64,000 nt of DNA from contig JBGAJA010000001.1 of the NCBI GenBank assembly GCA_044225175.1, forward strand, positions 742,711 to 806,710. Direction: 5' to 3'. This stretch comes from Candidatus Omnitrophota bacterium. Lineage in GTDB: Bacteria > Omnitrophota > Gorgyraeia > Zapsychrales > Fredricksoniimonadaceae. Under the pieces are notes generated by a model, which made no database searches, was not told where the DNA came from, and saw only the letters and a program-made list of their open reading frames with translations. Numbering within the stretch: the stretch's first letter is position 1; every line of letters starts with the position of its first letter. Shown here in pieces: positions 9,061 to 20,500 of this stretch. A program made the position numbers and the translations under genes.

Positions 9061-9533
9061 TAAAGGTTCTCCATTTTGGGAGTTAATTTTGGCTCCTGGA
9101 CTTTCTCATCAATTGCAACTTTATGCACATAAATCAATTCTCCTCCCAGCCATCCACTCAAACCTAAAAGGACTATTCCCAGAAAAGATAATGCGAATGG
9201 AATTCCTCTGATGTCATATTGATATTCATATCTCAAATAGAAATTAAACGCATATAGAACAACCAATATTAAATTGATGGCCATATGCCATGTAGCAACT
9301 TTTTTAGTTGGGGGATCTTTTAAAGAAAAATAGTCAACAAACCCTGGAAGTGCAGCTAATAAAGCACCTACACATCCCGCTGCCATTGAATAGGAGGCAA
9401 TCACAGCCCACAATGGACTGTTAAGAGAAAAATAAAGTAAATCAGCAATAAATGAAAATACCCAAAGGCCAATAGGGATAGAAACTAACATAGGATGAAT
9501 GGGATGACCTGCAATACGAGCTTTATTTTTCAT
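9060..9533 (-). CDS. DUF2231-like integral membrane protein
   Basis: 157 aa with 4 predicted TM segments. N-terminus GHPIHPMLVSIPIGLWVF is characteristic of that family. Its stop overlaps the Ku start. Confidence 0.65.
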   Translation of the reverse strand: MKNKARIAGHPIHPMLVSIPIGLWVFSFIADLLYFSLNSPLWAVIASYSMAAGCVGALLAALPGFVDYFSLKDPPTKKVATWHMAINLILVVLYAFNFYLRYEYQYDIRGIPFALSFLGIVLLGLSGWLGGELIYVHKVAIDEKVQEPKLTPKMENL

Positions 9534-9610
9534 AAATGTCTCCTTTTTCTTTATTTAAAATAACAAAAGAAAAATGAAGCAAAGATGAAAATACAATGAA
9601 AGGGATAGCC

Positions 9611-9910
9611 TTAGGTGAAGAAAATGATGTAAAGCAAAAAACAGATAACAGCAAAAGAGGCTAAATAGAAATCATTGAAATAAAAGAAATCTTTAAGTTT
9701 CTCTGATGGCGTGTAAGTGTATTGAACATTCTCACTAACAATTTCACCGCTGGAACGTATTTCCATTACTTCATTACGTTTTAAACGCAAAAACTGATCA
9801 GCAATCTTATAAGCTTGTAGTTGTCCGCCATCAATCATATCCATGACTTTTTTTTCGGATATACCAAGGATTTGTGAAGTTTCTCGGACTGTAATGTACT
9901 GACTACTCAT
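9611..9910 (-). CDS. Excisionase-family HTH (HTH_17) protein with hydrophobic C-terminal tail
   Basis: 99 aa. ITVRETSQILGISEKKVMDMIDGGQL matches an excisionase/MerR-type HTH. C-terminus FAVICFLLYIIFF is hydrophobic. Overlaps the upstream bactofilin stop by 4 nt (ATGA). Confidence 0.55.
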   Translation of the reverse strand: MSSQYITVRETSQILGISEKKVMDMIDGGQLQAYKIADQFLRLKRNEVMEIRSSGEIVSENVQYTYTPSEKLKDFFYFNDFYLASFAVICFLLYIIFFT

Positions 9911-10428
9911 GACTTAACCTTACCTGAAGCAGCCCATTGATCAATTTTAACACGTTCAAATTTCCACCCACTATCATCTTTAATGGCAGGGATCTTTCCA
10001 GTTGTGGCCAATTCCTCAATCGCCTGAGCCTCAATCTCTAAATACTGAGACAAATCTTCAATATTCAAAAATTCATCCATCATTTGGCATTGTCCTTGAA
10101 AAATAGCACCTTCAACAATGTTGAGTTTACGACTCGAAATATCTCCTGTGAGAATAGCCGTGGGCATGAGTACAAGCATTTTCTTAGCAATTACATTGCC
10201 TTTGACCTTACCAGCAATGATGATATTATCGCCTTGTATATTCGCTTCTACGTAAGCATCTGGCCCAATCGTGAGAGTTCCTTTAGTTTCTAATTTTCCT
10301 AAGAAACGTCCCATGATCTTTAGATTGATAGGATCATTGAAAGAAAGGGCCCCTTCCATTTGAGCTCCAATTTCAATAACTTTTTCTTCGGGAACCTGTT
10401 CTTTTGCCTCTCTGCGAATAAATGCCAT
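9907..10428 (-). CDS. Bactofilin-family cytoskeletal protein
   Basis: 173 aa. The central part is a repetitive beta-helix-like motif (IQGDNIIIAGKVKGNVIAKK...ILTGDISSRKLNIVEGAIFQG), typical of the bactofilin (DUF583) domain. SD AAGGAG upstream. Confidence 0.7.
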   Translation of the reverse strand: MAFIRREAKEQVPEEKVIEIGAQMEGALSFNDPINLKIMGRFLGKLETKGTLTIGPDAYVEANIQGDNIIIAGKVKGNVIAKKMLVLMPTAILTGDISSRKLNIVEGAIFQGQCQMMDEFLNIEDLSQYLEIEAQAIEELATTGKIPAIKDDSGWKFERVKIDQWAASGKVKS

Positions 10429-10507
10429 TTAAACTCCTTTTGTACGGATAGATCAGTGATCTGTCCCTACCATTATTAATTCAATATATCCAATTGACCT
10501 CTTAAAG

Positions 10508-11461
10508 TCAATTATTGATCATGCGATAGCCAAAACCAGCAATCATGGCTGCATTATCTAAACATAAGGATAGTGGAGGAAAATAGACTTGAATTCCTTT
10601 AGATAGGCCTTGTTCAATCATTTGCTGTCTTAAAGCAGAATTAGCAGCCACTCCACCTCCAATTAACAGCGTTGTAACCTTTTTTTGAACACATGCCCGG
10701 ATAGCCTTATCCGTGAGGGCTCCCACAACACTTTCTTGAAAAGAAAAAGCAACTTCTTCTACTTTATAATCCTTGTTCTTCTGGGTATGGTATAACACAG
10801 CTGTTTTAAGCCCGCTAAAGCTAAAGTCATATTTATTATCTAATTTTGCTTTAGAAAATCGAATTCGATCATTGGCACCTGTTTTAGCCAGACGATCAAT
10901 CACAGGGCCTCCTGGGTAACCTACCTTTAACAGACGCGCAACTTTATCAAAGGCTTCCCCAGCCGCATCATCTACCGTCTTTCCCATAAGCTTTACCTTT
11001 TTGAAATCTTTAATATCAAAAAGACTTGTATGCCCTCCAGAAACCACCAAACCAATGGCAGGAATCTTAGGAAGAGGGGCTTGATCATCTTTGATTCTTA
11101 AGAAGTTTGCATACCAATGAGCTTGAATATGATCAACCTCTATCAAAGGTTTCCCAGAGGCATAGGCCAAAGCCTGAGCAAAGGCAATTCCTACAAGCAA
11201 AGAACCAATCAAACCTGGCTTGACCGTAACTGCAATAGCATCAATATCTTTTAAAGTCATCTTTGCTTCTTTTAAAGCTTGGGAGACTATCACATGAATA
11301 GATTCAATTTGACGACGCGAGGCAATCTCAGGAATAATGCCACCATACTCTGCGTGTTCTTTAAGGGAACTAATCACAATATTAGAATGCACACGAATTC
11401 CATCACTGACAATGGCAGCTGCCGTTTCATCGCATGATGTTTCAATTCCTAGGATGTTCAT
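10508..11461 (-). CDS. tsaD: tRNA N6-adenosine threonylcarbamoyltransferase
   Basis: 317 aa. MNILGIETSCDETAAAIV and the Kae1/Gcp family metal-binding core. Confidence 0.9.
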   Translation of the reverse strand: MNILGIETSCDETAAAIVSDGIRVHSNIVISSLKEHAEYGGIIPEIASRRQIESIHVIVSQALKEAKMTLKDIDAIAVTVKPGLIGSLLVGIAFAQALAYASGKPLIEVDHIQAHWYANFLRIKDDQAPLPKIPAIGLVVSGGHTSLFDIKDFKKVKLMGKTVDDAAGEAFDKVARLLKVGYPGGPVIDRLAKTGANDRIRFSKAKLDNKYDFSFSGLKTAVLYHTQKNKDYKVEEVAFSFQESVVGALTDKAIRACVQKKVTTLLIGGGVAANSALRQQMIEQGLSKGIQVYFPPLSLCLDNAAMIAGFGYRMINN

Positions 11462-12387
11462 TTTTTATTTCTTAGAAGTTCTCGAATACTGACAATTTGA
11501 AAACCTTGTTTCTGAAGGGTCGGAATCTGATCTTTTAAGACCTGAAGAGTCAGTTGCCGATCATGACCGATCGCAACCGCATAACCTTTTTTCCGAGCTT
11601 TTTGGGCTAATTCCACAAGTTGTTTTTCAATAGCTTCACGGGTGTTGACATTATCCAAAAACACATCTCTTTGCGCAAAAGGAACGCCTAATTCATCAGC
11701 AATTGCGCCTGACACGGAATGATGAGGAGATGTCATACTATCTACAAAGAACAACCCTTTATGCCTTACTTTATTCAGAATGATTTTCATCAAAGTCGCA
11801 CTCTCCGTCGCCTTAGATCCCATATGATTATTCACCCCTACAATCATAGGCATTTTCTTAAAAGTCTCATCTACAAGCTTCTCTACTTGAGATTTTGACA
11901 TCTTTGTTGTAATCAAATAATTGTCTGGATAAGGATCACGATTCACGTAAGGTTCAAGAGGCAAATGTAACATAATGTCTTTATCATAAAGACTTGCGCA
12001 TTTCATAATCTCATTGGTTCTCTTAAGATTAGGCAACACAGCAATCGCCATAGGCGTTGCTATTTCTTTTAAAAAATGACAATTGCTCATTCGATAGCCC
12101 CAATCATCAAGAATAAAAGCTATTTTAGCCCCGTTTCCAGGAAGCATTTTTTCATTCAACTGCTGTTTGGGCTTAGTTGGGGTTGAAGATGCCTTTTTTG
12201 TTGTAGTTGTAGGAGCAGTGGTTTTAGCAGCAACAGTCTTGTGTTTGACAGGTGCAGGCTGTTTTTGCTTAGAGAAAAATAAATAAAGACCTGCAAAAAT
12301 AAAAAAGAGCACACTAATAATAACCGTGATTGTTATGATTGAATTATTCTTACCTCTTCCAGAAGGGATTTTAGCTTTTTTGACCAT
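11458..12387 (-). CDS. Divergent polysaccharide deacetylase family protein (YibQ-like)
   Basis: 309 aa. N-terminal TM, then IAFILDDWGY and GVNNHMGSKATE motifs of the YibQ/divergent PDA family. Confidence 0.75.
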   Translation of the reverse strand: MVKKAKIPSGRGKNNSIITITVIISVLFFIFAGLYLFFSKQKQPAPVKHKTVAAKTTAPTTTTKKASSTPTKPKQQLNEKMLPGNGAKIAFILDDWGYRMSNCHFLKEIATPMAIAVLPNLKRTNEIMKCASLYDKDIMLHLPLEPYVNRDPYPDNYLITTKMSKSQVEKLVDETFKKMPMIVGVNNHMGSKATESATLMKIILNKVRHKGLFFVDSMTSPHHSVSGAIADELGVPFAQRDVFLDNVNTREAIEKQLVELAQKARKKGYAVAIGHDRQLTLQVLKDQIPTLQKQGFQIVSIRELLRNKK

Positions 12388-12389
12388 AA

Positions 12390-13766
12390 TTATTTACTGA
12401 AACTCTGATAAACTTTGATTCCCTTAATTACATTAATTGCAGCAACTAATTGATTATCTGCAAGATCTTTCTTGATTTGTTCTTGTTCCTTTTTCTTTTG
12501 TTCTGTCATAACCGCAGGCTCTTCTTTATGCTCTCTTTTTTCAACTTCATCAAAAATATCCTCTAAATCTTTCTTATCTTTCTTATCTTTCTTATCTTCA
12601 GCCTTATCAGAAACTTTCTCTTCTTTGGTTTTTTTGATGACAATATCCGGCGTAATCCCCTTACCATGGATACTCACACCTGAGGGAGTAAAATACTTTG
12701 CTGTGGTTAGGCGTAAACCTGATCCATCTGGCAATGGGATGACAGACTGAACAGAACCTTTTCCAAAAGATTGGGCCCCAACAATGACAGCCCTCTTATT
12801 ATCTTTTAAAGCCCCTGCAAAAATTTCACTTGCAGATGCACTTCCTTCATTAATAAGAACAGCTACTGGCCAATTTAAAAAATCCCCACGGGTATTACTC
12901 GATTTAGATAGCGTATTAAGAGCAGCGTGGCGGCCTTTAGTTGAGACAATGACCTTACCATCAGGAAGAAAATCTTCAGAAATCTTGATAGCTACATTTA
13001 GAAGCCCCCCAGGATTATTACGCAAGTCTACAATAAGGCTGTCTGCACCTTGGCTCTTCAATTTTTCAACATTTTCATGAAATTCATTATAAGAATTCTC
13101 ACGAAACTCTGTTAAGCGAATATATCCAATATGATTGTCAATCAAGTGTGGATCTTTAATGTCTTGAACATGGATCAATTCTCTCGTAATAGTAAATTCT
13201 TTAACTAAACTTTCACTTTCACGAAGAATGGTAATATGGATGACTGTTCCTGGTTTTCCTCTCAAACGTTTTACAGCATCACTCAACGTCATATCACGCG
13301 TGACTTCTTTTTCAATTTTAACTATCCTGTCACCTGCCTTAATTCCGGCTTTCCAAGCTGGCGAATCTTCAACTGGAGTAATAATAGTTAATAAACCATC
13401 TTTAATGGTAATTTCTATTCCTAAACCTCCAAACTTTCCTTGGGTTTCAGTTTTAAGTTCTTTGTAATCATCTGGATCCATAAATTGGCTATGGGGATCT
13501 AGAGATGATAGCAACCCTTTAAGTGACCCATAAATTAAATCTTTAGGGGTCTTTTCTTCCACATATTCTGATTGGATCGTAGTCAATGCATAACTATAAA
13601 GCTCAACATTAGAGTACAGATCTTCTCGGCTCAGAGTTTTACTAGCCTTAGGCAATTCTTTAGTCACATTAACTTTATCTTCATCTGCTCTAAGGACATC
13701 TATACGAGGTAAAACCCCTAAACATACAAAAAATGCCAAAACAATTAATAATCTTCTTTTAAACAT
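12390..13766 (-). CDS. ctpA: Carboxy-terminal processing protease (S41 family, PDZ domain)
   Basis: 458 aa. Signal peptide, PDZ region, S41 motifs (GGLGIEI, DLRNNPGGLL, SASASEIFAGAL). Low-complexity KKDKKDKKD tail. Confidence 0.85.
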   Translation of the reverse strand: MFKRRLLIVLAFFVCLGVLPRIDVLRADEDKVNVTKELPKASKTLSREDLYSNVELYSYALTTIQSEYVEEKTPKDLIYGSLKGLLSSLDPHSQFMDPDDYKELKTETQGKFGGLGIEITIKDGLLTIITPVEDSPAWKAGIKAGDRIVKIEKEVTRDMTLSDAVKRLRGKPGTVIHITILRESESLVKEFTITRELIHVQDIKDPHLIDNHIGYIRLTEFRENSYNEFHENVEKLKSQGADSLIVDLRNNPGGLLNVAIKISEDFLPDGKVIVSTKGRHAALNTLSKSSNTRGDFLNWPVAVLINEGSASASEIFAGALKDNKRAVIVGAQSFGKGSVQSVIPLPDGSGLRLTTAKYFTPSGVSIHGKGITPDIVIKKTKEEKVSDKAEDKKDKKDKKDLEDIFDEVEKREHKEEPAVMTEQKKKEQEQIKKDLADNQLVAAINVIKGIKVYQSFSK

Positions 13767-15222
13767 TCGTAATCCTTTTGGTAATCATCTCATTAAGCTT
13801 CTTAGGATTAGCCTTACCGCCACTTTTTTTCATAGCTTGACCGACCAAGAACCCAGCAGCGGAAGGTTTGCCTTCTTTGATCTGTTGAACCACCGTAGGA
13901 TTTTGATTAATCACTTCATCAATGATTGTCATCAAGGCAGAGTCATCTGAGACTTGAGCCAAACCTTTATCTTGAATAATAACATTAGGAGATTTTCCTG
14001 AATTAAGCATTTCACTTAAGACATCTTTTCCAACTAAGTTACTAATTGTTCCACCTTCCACAGCTTTAATTAGTTCAGCTAAATGAACAGCAGTTAACTT
14101 TAATTCTTTTAAGGAAGCTTTGCGATCACTCATTTCTTTCAAAATAGGACCGTTCAGCCAATTAGCAACCTTTTTTGCCTCAACTACTTCTTTACAACAT
14201 GTTTCAAAGAAAAGGGTTAAATCTTGGTCCATCACTAAAACACCCGCGTCATATTCACTTAAACCATATTGCTTAACAAATCGCTCCACTTTAGCTTGCG
14301 GCATTTCTGGAAGCTCAGCACGGACTTGATCTATTAATTTTTGTTCGACAGTAAAGGGAACTAAGTCTGGATCTGGAAAATAACGATAGTCATGCGCTTG
14401 TTCCTTAGAGCGCATAGTTATGGTGATCGCCTTTTCATCATTCCAAAGTAGTGTCTCTTGAACAATCTTGCCACCTGAAAGAATAACCTGAGTATGACGG
14501 GCCACTTCATAATCAATGGCTTTTTTAACAGCACTGAAAGAATTCATATTCTTTAGCTCTGTTTTTGTACCGAATTCTTTTTGACCAACAGGACGAATGG
14601 ATACGTTCGCATCACATCGCAAACTTCCCTTTTCCATATCACAATCAGAAACGTTTAAATACTGCAAAGAAAGCTTTAGTGTCGTTAAATATTCATAAGC
14701 TTCCTGGGAAGAACGCATGTCTGCTTCTGTGACGATCTCAATCAAAGGAGTCCCCGTGCGATTAAAATCAACCAATGAACATCCGCCTGCATTGTCATGC
14801 ATAAGCTTTCCTGCATCTTCTTCTAAATGGGCTCTGGTGATTCCAATACGTTTGGCTCCAGCAGGAGTTTTAATCATCAGAAACCCTTTGTGGGCAACCG
14901 GAAAATCGTATTGAGAAATTTGATAACCCTTAGGAGAATCAGGATAGTAATAATTTTTTCGATCAAATTTAATAAAAGAATTGATCTGGCAATTCAACGC
15001 AAGTCCAACCTTAATACCAGAAAGCAAAACCTGACGATTTAACACAGGCAAAGCACCAGGCAATCCTAAACAGACAGGGCAAACATTAGTATTGGGATCT
15101 GATCCAAAGACGTTCGCACATCCACAAAAGATCTTTGTCTTTGTGTTCAATTGAAGATGAACTTCTAAACCAATGACTGTTTCAAATTGTTGGCTCATAG
15201 ATTTGGTTTCTTCGTATGCCAC
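13759..15222 (-). CDS. gatB: Asp/Glu-tRNA(Asn/Gln) amidotransferase subunit B
   Basis: 487 aa. N-terminus [22 protein letters not shown] is the GatB signature. gatC-gatA-gatB order. Confidence 0.9.
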   Translation of the reverse strand: MAYEETKSMSQQFETVIGLEVHLQLNTKTKIFCGCANVFGSDPNTNVCPVCLGLPGALPVLNRQVLLSGIKVGLALNCQINSFIKFDRKNYYYPDSPKGYQISQYDFPVAHKGFLMIKTPAGAKRIGITRAHLEEDAGKLMHDNAGGCSLVDFNRTGTPLIEIVTEADMRSSQEAYEYLTTLKLSLQYLNVSDCDMEKGSLRCDANVSIRPVGQKEFGTKTELKNMNSFSAVKKAIDYEVARHTQVILSGGKIVQETLLWNDEKAITITMRSKEQAHDYRYFPDPDLVPFTVEQKLIDQVRAELPEMPQAKVERFVKQYGLSEYDAGVLVMDQDLTLFFETCCKEVVEAKKVANWLNGPILKEMSDRKASLKELKLTAVHLAELIKAVEGGTISNLVGKDVLSEMLNSGKSPNVIIQDKGLAQVSDDSALMTIIDEVINQNPTVVQQIKEGKPSAAGFLVGQAMKKSGGKANPKKLNEMITKRITNV

Positions 15223-16622
15223 GGGGTGCTTTGTTCATAGGCGTATGACACCCTAAGCAACATTTCTTCATCAAAAGCCCGTCCCATCAATTGCAGGCCA
15301 ATGGGAAGCCCTTCTTTAGAAAATCCACAAGGCACCGAGATCGACGGAATACCAGCTAAATTAGCTGGAATTGTGTAAATATCTGATAAATACATGGAAA
15401 GTGGATCTGAAACCTTTTCTCCCACTTTAAAAGCTGTTGTTGGAGCTGTAGGCGTTAAGATGACATCACATTCTTTGAAAGCTTCATCTAAATCTTGTTT
15501 GATTAAGGAGCGGACCTTTTGACCTGAAAGATAATAGGCATCGTAATAGCCAGACGACAAAACATATGTTCCAAGCATAATGCGGCGCTTAGCTTCATCT
15601 CCAAAACCATTAGCGCGGGTCTCTTCATACATATCAAGCAAAGCATTTTTACGAATGGAAGTTGGTGACTGACGCAAGCCAAAGCGAACGCCATCAAAAC
15701 GGGCTAAATTAGAACTGGCCTCTGCTGTTGCGACGACATAATACGTGGCCACAGAATAAGGCGTATGCGGCAGGGTTATTTCTTTGATGATAGCTCCCTG
15801 CTTCTTAAGCTGTTCAATGGCCGCTTCAACCGCTGCCCTGACCTGAGGATCTAACCCTTCAATAAATGCTTCTTTAGGGATGCCGATCTTAATACCCTTC
15901 ACATCATTAATGAGCGCCTTGGTGTAATCAGGAACCGGTTCATTGACCGATGTAGAGTCTCTATCATCATATCCAGAAATCACATTCATAAGTAAGGCGC
16001 AATCAGTGACATCCTTGGTTAAAGGTCCAATCTGATCTAAGCTTGAAGCAAAAGCAATCAATCCATAGCGAGAAACACGGCCATAGGTAGGCTTCATGCC
16101 TACGATTCCACAAAAAGAAGCTGGCTGACGAATGGAACCTCCTGTATCAGAACCTAGAGCCCAAATTGTTTCATCTGCAGCAACAGAAGCAGCTGATCCT
16201 CCGCTTGACCCGCCAGGAACATAAGCTAAATTCCAAGGATTAAAAGTTGGCCCATAACAGGAACTTTCAGTCGAAGAACCAAAGGCAAATTCATCCATAT
16301 TAGCAGCACCCAAAATCATGCCCCCGCTTTGATTAATTCTCTCAATGACATGAGCATTATATGGAGCTATATAGCCTTTAAGAATGTTCGATGAACAAGT
16401 CACTTCAGATCCTTTAATATTCATATTGTCTTTGATGGCAATAGGAATAGAAACAGTGCCATTGGGGGCAACTTTGGGTGATCCCAAGCGTGCATAGGCA
16501 TGGACCTTGCTTTCAATCGCTGAAATACGAGACATAACATCTTTAAGGACTTCTTCAGGAGAAGCTTGCTTGGCCTTATACAGGTCTAAAATTTGATGGG
16601 CACTTAAAGAGTGGAGTTTCAT
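15195..16622 (-). CDS. gatA: Glutamyl-tRNA(Gln) amidotransferase subunit A
   Basis: 475 aa. Amidase signature [13 protein letters not shown]. Confidence 0.9.
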   Translation of the reverse strand: MKLHSLSAHQILDLYKAKQASPEEVLKDVMSRISAIESKVHAYARLGSPKVAPNGTVSIPIAIKDNMNIKGSEVTCSSNILKGYIAPYNAHVIERINQSGGMILGAANMDEFAFGSSTESSCYGPTFNPWNLAYVPGGSSGGSAASVAADETIWALGSDTGGSIRQPASFCGIVGMKPTYGRVSRYGLIAFASSLDQIGPLTKDVTDCALLMNVISGYDDRDSTSVNEPVPDYTKALINDVKGIKIGIPKEAFIEGLDPQVRAAVEAAIEQLKKQGAIIKEITLPHTPYSVATYYVVATAEASSNLARFDGVRFGLRQSPTSIRKNALLDMYEETRANGFGDEAKRRIMLGTYVLSSGYYDAYYLSGQKVRSLIKQDLDEAFKECDVILTPTAPTTAFKVGEKVSDPLSMYLSDIYTIPANLAGIPSISVPCGFSKEGLPIGLQLMGRAFDEEMLLRVSYAYEQSTPWHTKKPNL

Positions 16623-16942
16623 TCGATAACCAAAGGAACTTTAAAACAGCCGTCTTTTGATTCAACTGCAATCGAAAGGGCTTGGGAGTTAGAAAAAGAA
16701 GGTTTAATAACATCTTCACGTAAAGCGTTCGATAAAGGAACAGCATGACTGGTAGGTTTTATATCTTTTAAATCAAGCTTCTGCAGTTGTTCAACATAGC
16801 CAACGATATCTGTCAGGTTCTTAGTAAAACCTTCCAGTTTCTCAGGGGCAACATGCATTCTTGAAAGGGATGCGATATATTCAACGTCTTTTTTGGAAAT
16901 TGACATAGGGAAAATACTATCATCATCAAAAGCTAAAAACAA
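16619..16942 (-). CDS. gatC: Glu-tRNA(Gln) amidotransferase subunit C
   Basis: 107 aa, directly upstream of gatA with a 4-nt overlap. GatC-like [23 protein letters not shown]. Confidence 0.8.
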   Translation of the reverse strand: MFLAFDDDSIFPMSISKKDVEYIASLSRMHVAPEKLEGFTKNLTDIVGYVEQLQKLDLKDIKPTSHAVPLSNALREDVIKPSFSNSQALSIAVESKDGCFKVPLVIE

Positions 16943-16965
16943 GGGTTTGTTAGCGAAGATTTACT

Positions 16966-17124
16966 TTATTTTTTCTTTTTATCCGTACGATTTAAAGCTT
17001 TGACCATGCGGTCAAGGGCTTGCTGTTGGCTAGTGCCTTCTGTTAAATGACCATCTGAGATAGCTGCAAAACCACTACGATTCTTGATTTTGAAAATACT
17101 AACTGTTCGTTTTCCAATTTTCAT
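16966..17124 (-). CDS. Small hypothetical protein (52 aa); below the ORF-track length cut-off
   Basis: ATG at revcomp 17122-17124, preceded by SD AAAGGAGAG. Reads MKIGKRTVSIFKIKNRSGFAAISDGHLTEGTSQQQALDRMVKALNRTDKKKK*. Fills the gap between the thioesterase gene and gatC. Confidence 0.35.
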   Translation of the reverse strand: MKIGKRTVSIFKIKNRSGFAAISDGHLTEGTSQQQALDRMVKALNRTDKKKK

Positions 17125-17136
17125 GGTCCTCTCCTT

Positions 17137-17520
17137 TTAGGCAAGCAGTTTATCTTTTAAATCATCAGGAATTGGGGTTGGTTTAAAATCAGCATTCAAA
17201 CAGACAAGCGAAACCTCAGCCTGCACACATAAACGATTGTCTTTGGTGTCAGAAACAGTTTGATCAAAAATCAGTTGGGTTGCGGTTGCTTCTTTGAGTT
17301 TGGCTATGCATTGAAGGACTTGGTCATAACGGGCAGGGCTTTTGTAGGTGATATTGCAATTGCGAACAACAAAAAATAAACCTCGATCCTTGAAAGCTTG
17401 AACGCTCAACCCCCTTTGTTCCAAAAATTCCGTCCGAGCCTCTTCCAGATAACATAAGTATTGTCCATAATAAACAATCCCCCCTGCATCTGTATCATGA
17501 TAATAAATTCGCTTAAGCAT
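17137..17520 (-). CDS. YbgC/4-hydroxybenzoyl-CoA thioesterase family acyl-CoA thioesterase (hotdog fold)
   Basis: 127 aa. YYHDTDAGGIVYYGQYLCYLEEARTEFL is the YbgC signature. Confidence 0.8.
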   Translation of the reverse strand: MLKRIYYHDTDAGGIVYYGQYLCYLEEARTEFLEQRGLSVQAFKDRGLFFVVRNCNITYKSPARYDQVLQCIAKLKEATATQLIFDQTVSDTKDNRLCVQAEVSLVCLNADFKPTPIPDDLKDKLLA

Positions 17521-17571
17521 GAAAAAATTATAGCATGCGCTTAGGGGAAGCTTAGAAATAAATTAAAAATG

Positions 17572-20500
17572 TTACGACTGATAAACTTCTTCAGGATGGT
17601 TTAGGCCAAGAAACTCTGAGACATTGGTCATTGGCTGAATGTTGGTGATGACGGGTTTAAAACCAGGGGCATTCTGCAGTTTCTGCAACATAGATGGATC
17701 GAGGTTAAATCTGATCTCTTCTCCTGCGTTACGAACTTCCAAAGGAGTTTGATTAGCTGTGAAATCAATACCGCCCTTATTCTGGAACCTCGTAGGTTCC
17801 AGTGGCTTGGTGAGTTGGGCTGGGTCCGTTTTGGGTAAGAGTGTTATGACGGAAAGGAATTGCATAAATCTTGAGAATTTTTTATCATGGGTGAATAAAT
17901 CGTTTTTTGTAAGAACACCAAATTCAAAAGAATCCTTTTGAGCATTACTCTCAAAATATTCAAATAAATGGGCAAGTTCATGAATAGTTGTATTAGTAGG
18001 CTTATGGATCGCTCCATTAGAAGAAATATCCATTCTATGAGCTAATTGAGCATTAATGTACACTTTAGAATGACCCGAACGTCTACTGAACAACCCTTGA
18101 AATGGAGCTTCTGCCTTTACTATAACAACCTGCTCAAACCCTAATTTTTGCCCAATCTTTTGCACGAGACTTAACAAACGCTGTTGTTGAGAATTTAATG
18201 CTTCCTCAGGAATAGCCAGTGATTCAGCACTTATCATGGTGGCAATATGAGACATTCGATTAGCAAGCGCTCCTCTTTGCGCACCCCAAGGATCAACTGT
18301 ATTCAAAGCCTGTTGAAAACCTGCTTCATCTATACCCAAACTCTTGGCTCGTCTTCTGGCTGCCTCTTCAGAAATAGCAGCCTGAGTTTTTATTCTGCGC
18401 ATTAAAAGACTATTTTTGCCATCTTTGGTCTGCACATTCAATTGAGCTAAAAATGGAACCAAAGACTCTTCGAAAGATCGATTTACACCCTTACCTTCAA
18501 ACCAGCCTTTAAGAGTAGTTAAATCTTGATGACTAATAAGATGACCAGCATTAATATCGTTAATCACATCAAAAAGAGACCTTTCTTTTGCCAGAGACCA
18601 TTGTGTTTGATTCTCTGGACTTAAAACATTCCAATAAGACTCTCGCGCAGAGGTTTCCCAATCTCGAGGGATTTGGCTAATATGAAAATCAGGGTTAGTT
18701 AATTCTTGATGGATTAGAGCTTTATAAAACTCGAGGGCCACATACTGTTGAATGACAGGCATAATGACGGCTTCTTGTTCAAATGAACTTCTATTTTGAA
18801 TCAAAGGCAGAGGGATCTGAATAACCAAACGAAGCTCCTCAATATGTTTACGTAAGGATTCTGGAATCAAAGCTAAGAATTCCTTCTTCAAAGACAAACT
18901 TTCAACCCTCAATCCCTTTTTATCAATGATTTGCAATGGCATATCTGAATCTTGAGTGGACCAAAGTTTCAAAGGACCATAGTTGTGCTGACCTATTTTC
19001 AAATCTATTTCTGTTAACAAATTCTTTCCTTTAACTTTGACCTGTTCTTCTGTGATACGACCTTCTTCCTTTTCCTTTTCAACAACCAATTTAAACTGCT
19101 CATTAGAGGCCATCCCTGCAAACATTTTCCATGTATGTTGGCCTAACATCTGGTCAAGCTCAGCAATAGAGCTTTGAGAATTTCTCATTCGTCTTATAAT
19201 GACTCCTTTCGAGAAATCTTGAGGATTGGCAATCCCAACCTTAACAACAAAAACTCGACCCAGAGTTCGATTGACCTTCATCTCAAAGACATAAGCTTCT
19301 TGGCCATTGTTAGCAATCATTTGCACACGATCAACACCAGAATAAATGGTGAATTTACCAGTTCCAAAAAAACCAACTGTTTGGCCATTTTGTTGGTCTT
19401 TTATTTTATTGGACTTGGGGATGAGTAAAGCCAATGCTTTTCCCAGAGGAGGCCCTTGACCATCATCCACAGCTTCTTCGACCAGATCGCCCGTTTGAAC
19501 ATCTTTGTAATAACGCACCAGTAACTTATTAGCCCCTGCATCAGAAGAGTTTTGAGGAATTTCAGCCGCATAGCGGCCTGCTTCACCTTGAACATTCACA
19601 TATTGGCTAATTTCCCGTCTAAGATTAGGATTATCGATCGCCATCATTTGGCCTATATGTTCAGGGGTAAATAATCCTGCAATATCATACATACTCGATT
19701 GATCTATTCCAGAGCGCTTGTCCGCATTGAATTGAGCAATGTTTTCAACAGGAATACCTTCCTCTTTTTGCATAAGCCATTGAATATCTTTGGGCAATTC
19801 CAAGTCTTTCGTTTGCACATGATCAACACGGTTAGTCAAGAAGTCCACAAAAAACTGGGCTTCGCCTAATTCTGTAGCAGAACGGCGATCTGTTGCAGCT
19901 AATACGATTTGTTCTAAAGGTGTATGACTAAAGGCTTCATACCAAAGGGCCAAGTAGGATTCTTTACCCTTGCCTTTTGAAAATAAAAGCAATTTGTTTA
20001 ATTGATCTACTGCAATATCAATACTTTTATTGCCATTTTTTGCGACAAGACTTAAGAATACTACCATCAACGAACAAATATGAACGCTTATCTTTTGTCC
20101 ATAAATTTCATATAAAAGATCCAACATTTCATTAATAGGCTTAACTAAATTGATGGAATGATCGGCTTCTATTTTTAAAGAATATGTCATTGCTAATAAC
20201 CAAGAAGGAATATCAGCATTCTCCAAAGAAATCTTTTCATTCATAGCCATTACAAATATTTGATGGCTTAAACCTCTATAAAATTGATCACCAATCTCAT
20301 TATCAACCAAAGTATGTTCACTGGAAGGAAATAAAGGATTGCCTTTCTTCTTTAAATCTTGTAAACCTCTCAACAGTAGACTCATCTTTTTTATAAAAGA
20401 TTCCACCATAAGGTCATCCAAATTGACATGTTCTTTACCATTAGCTAAAGCATCTTTAAAACGTGTTTTAATCTGCTCTTTTTGCTTAGAATAGAAATAC

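Noticed and set aside
10450-10472. Hairpin GGATAGATC-agt-GATCTGTCC between tsaD and the bactofilin gene as a terminator.
   Set aside because: No U-tract follows on the minus strand. It lies directly upstream of the bactofilin RBS. Possibly structural but not a confident terminator.
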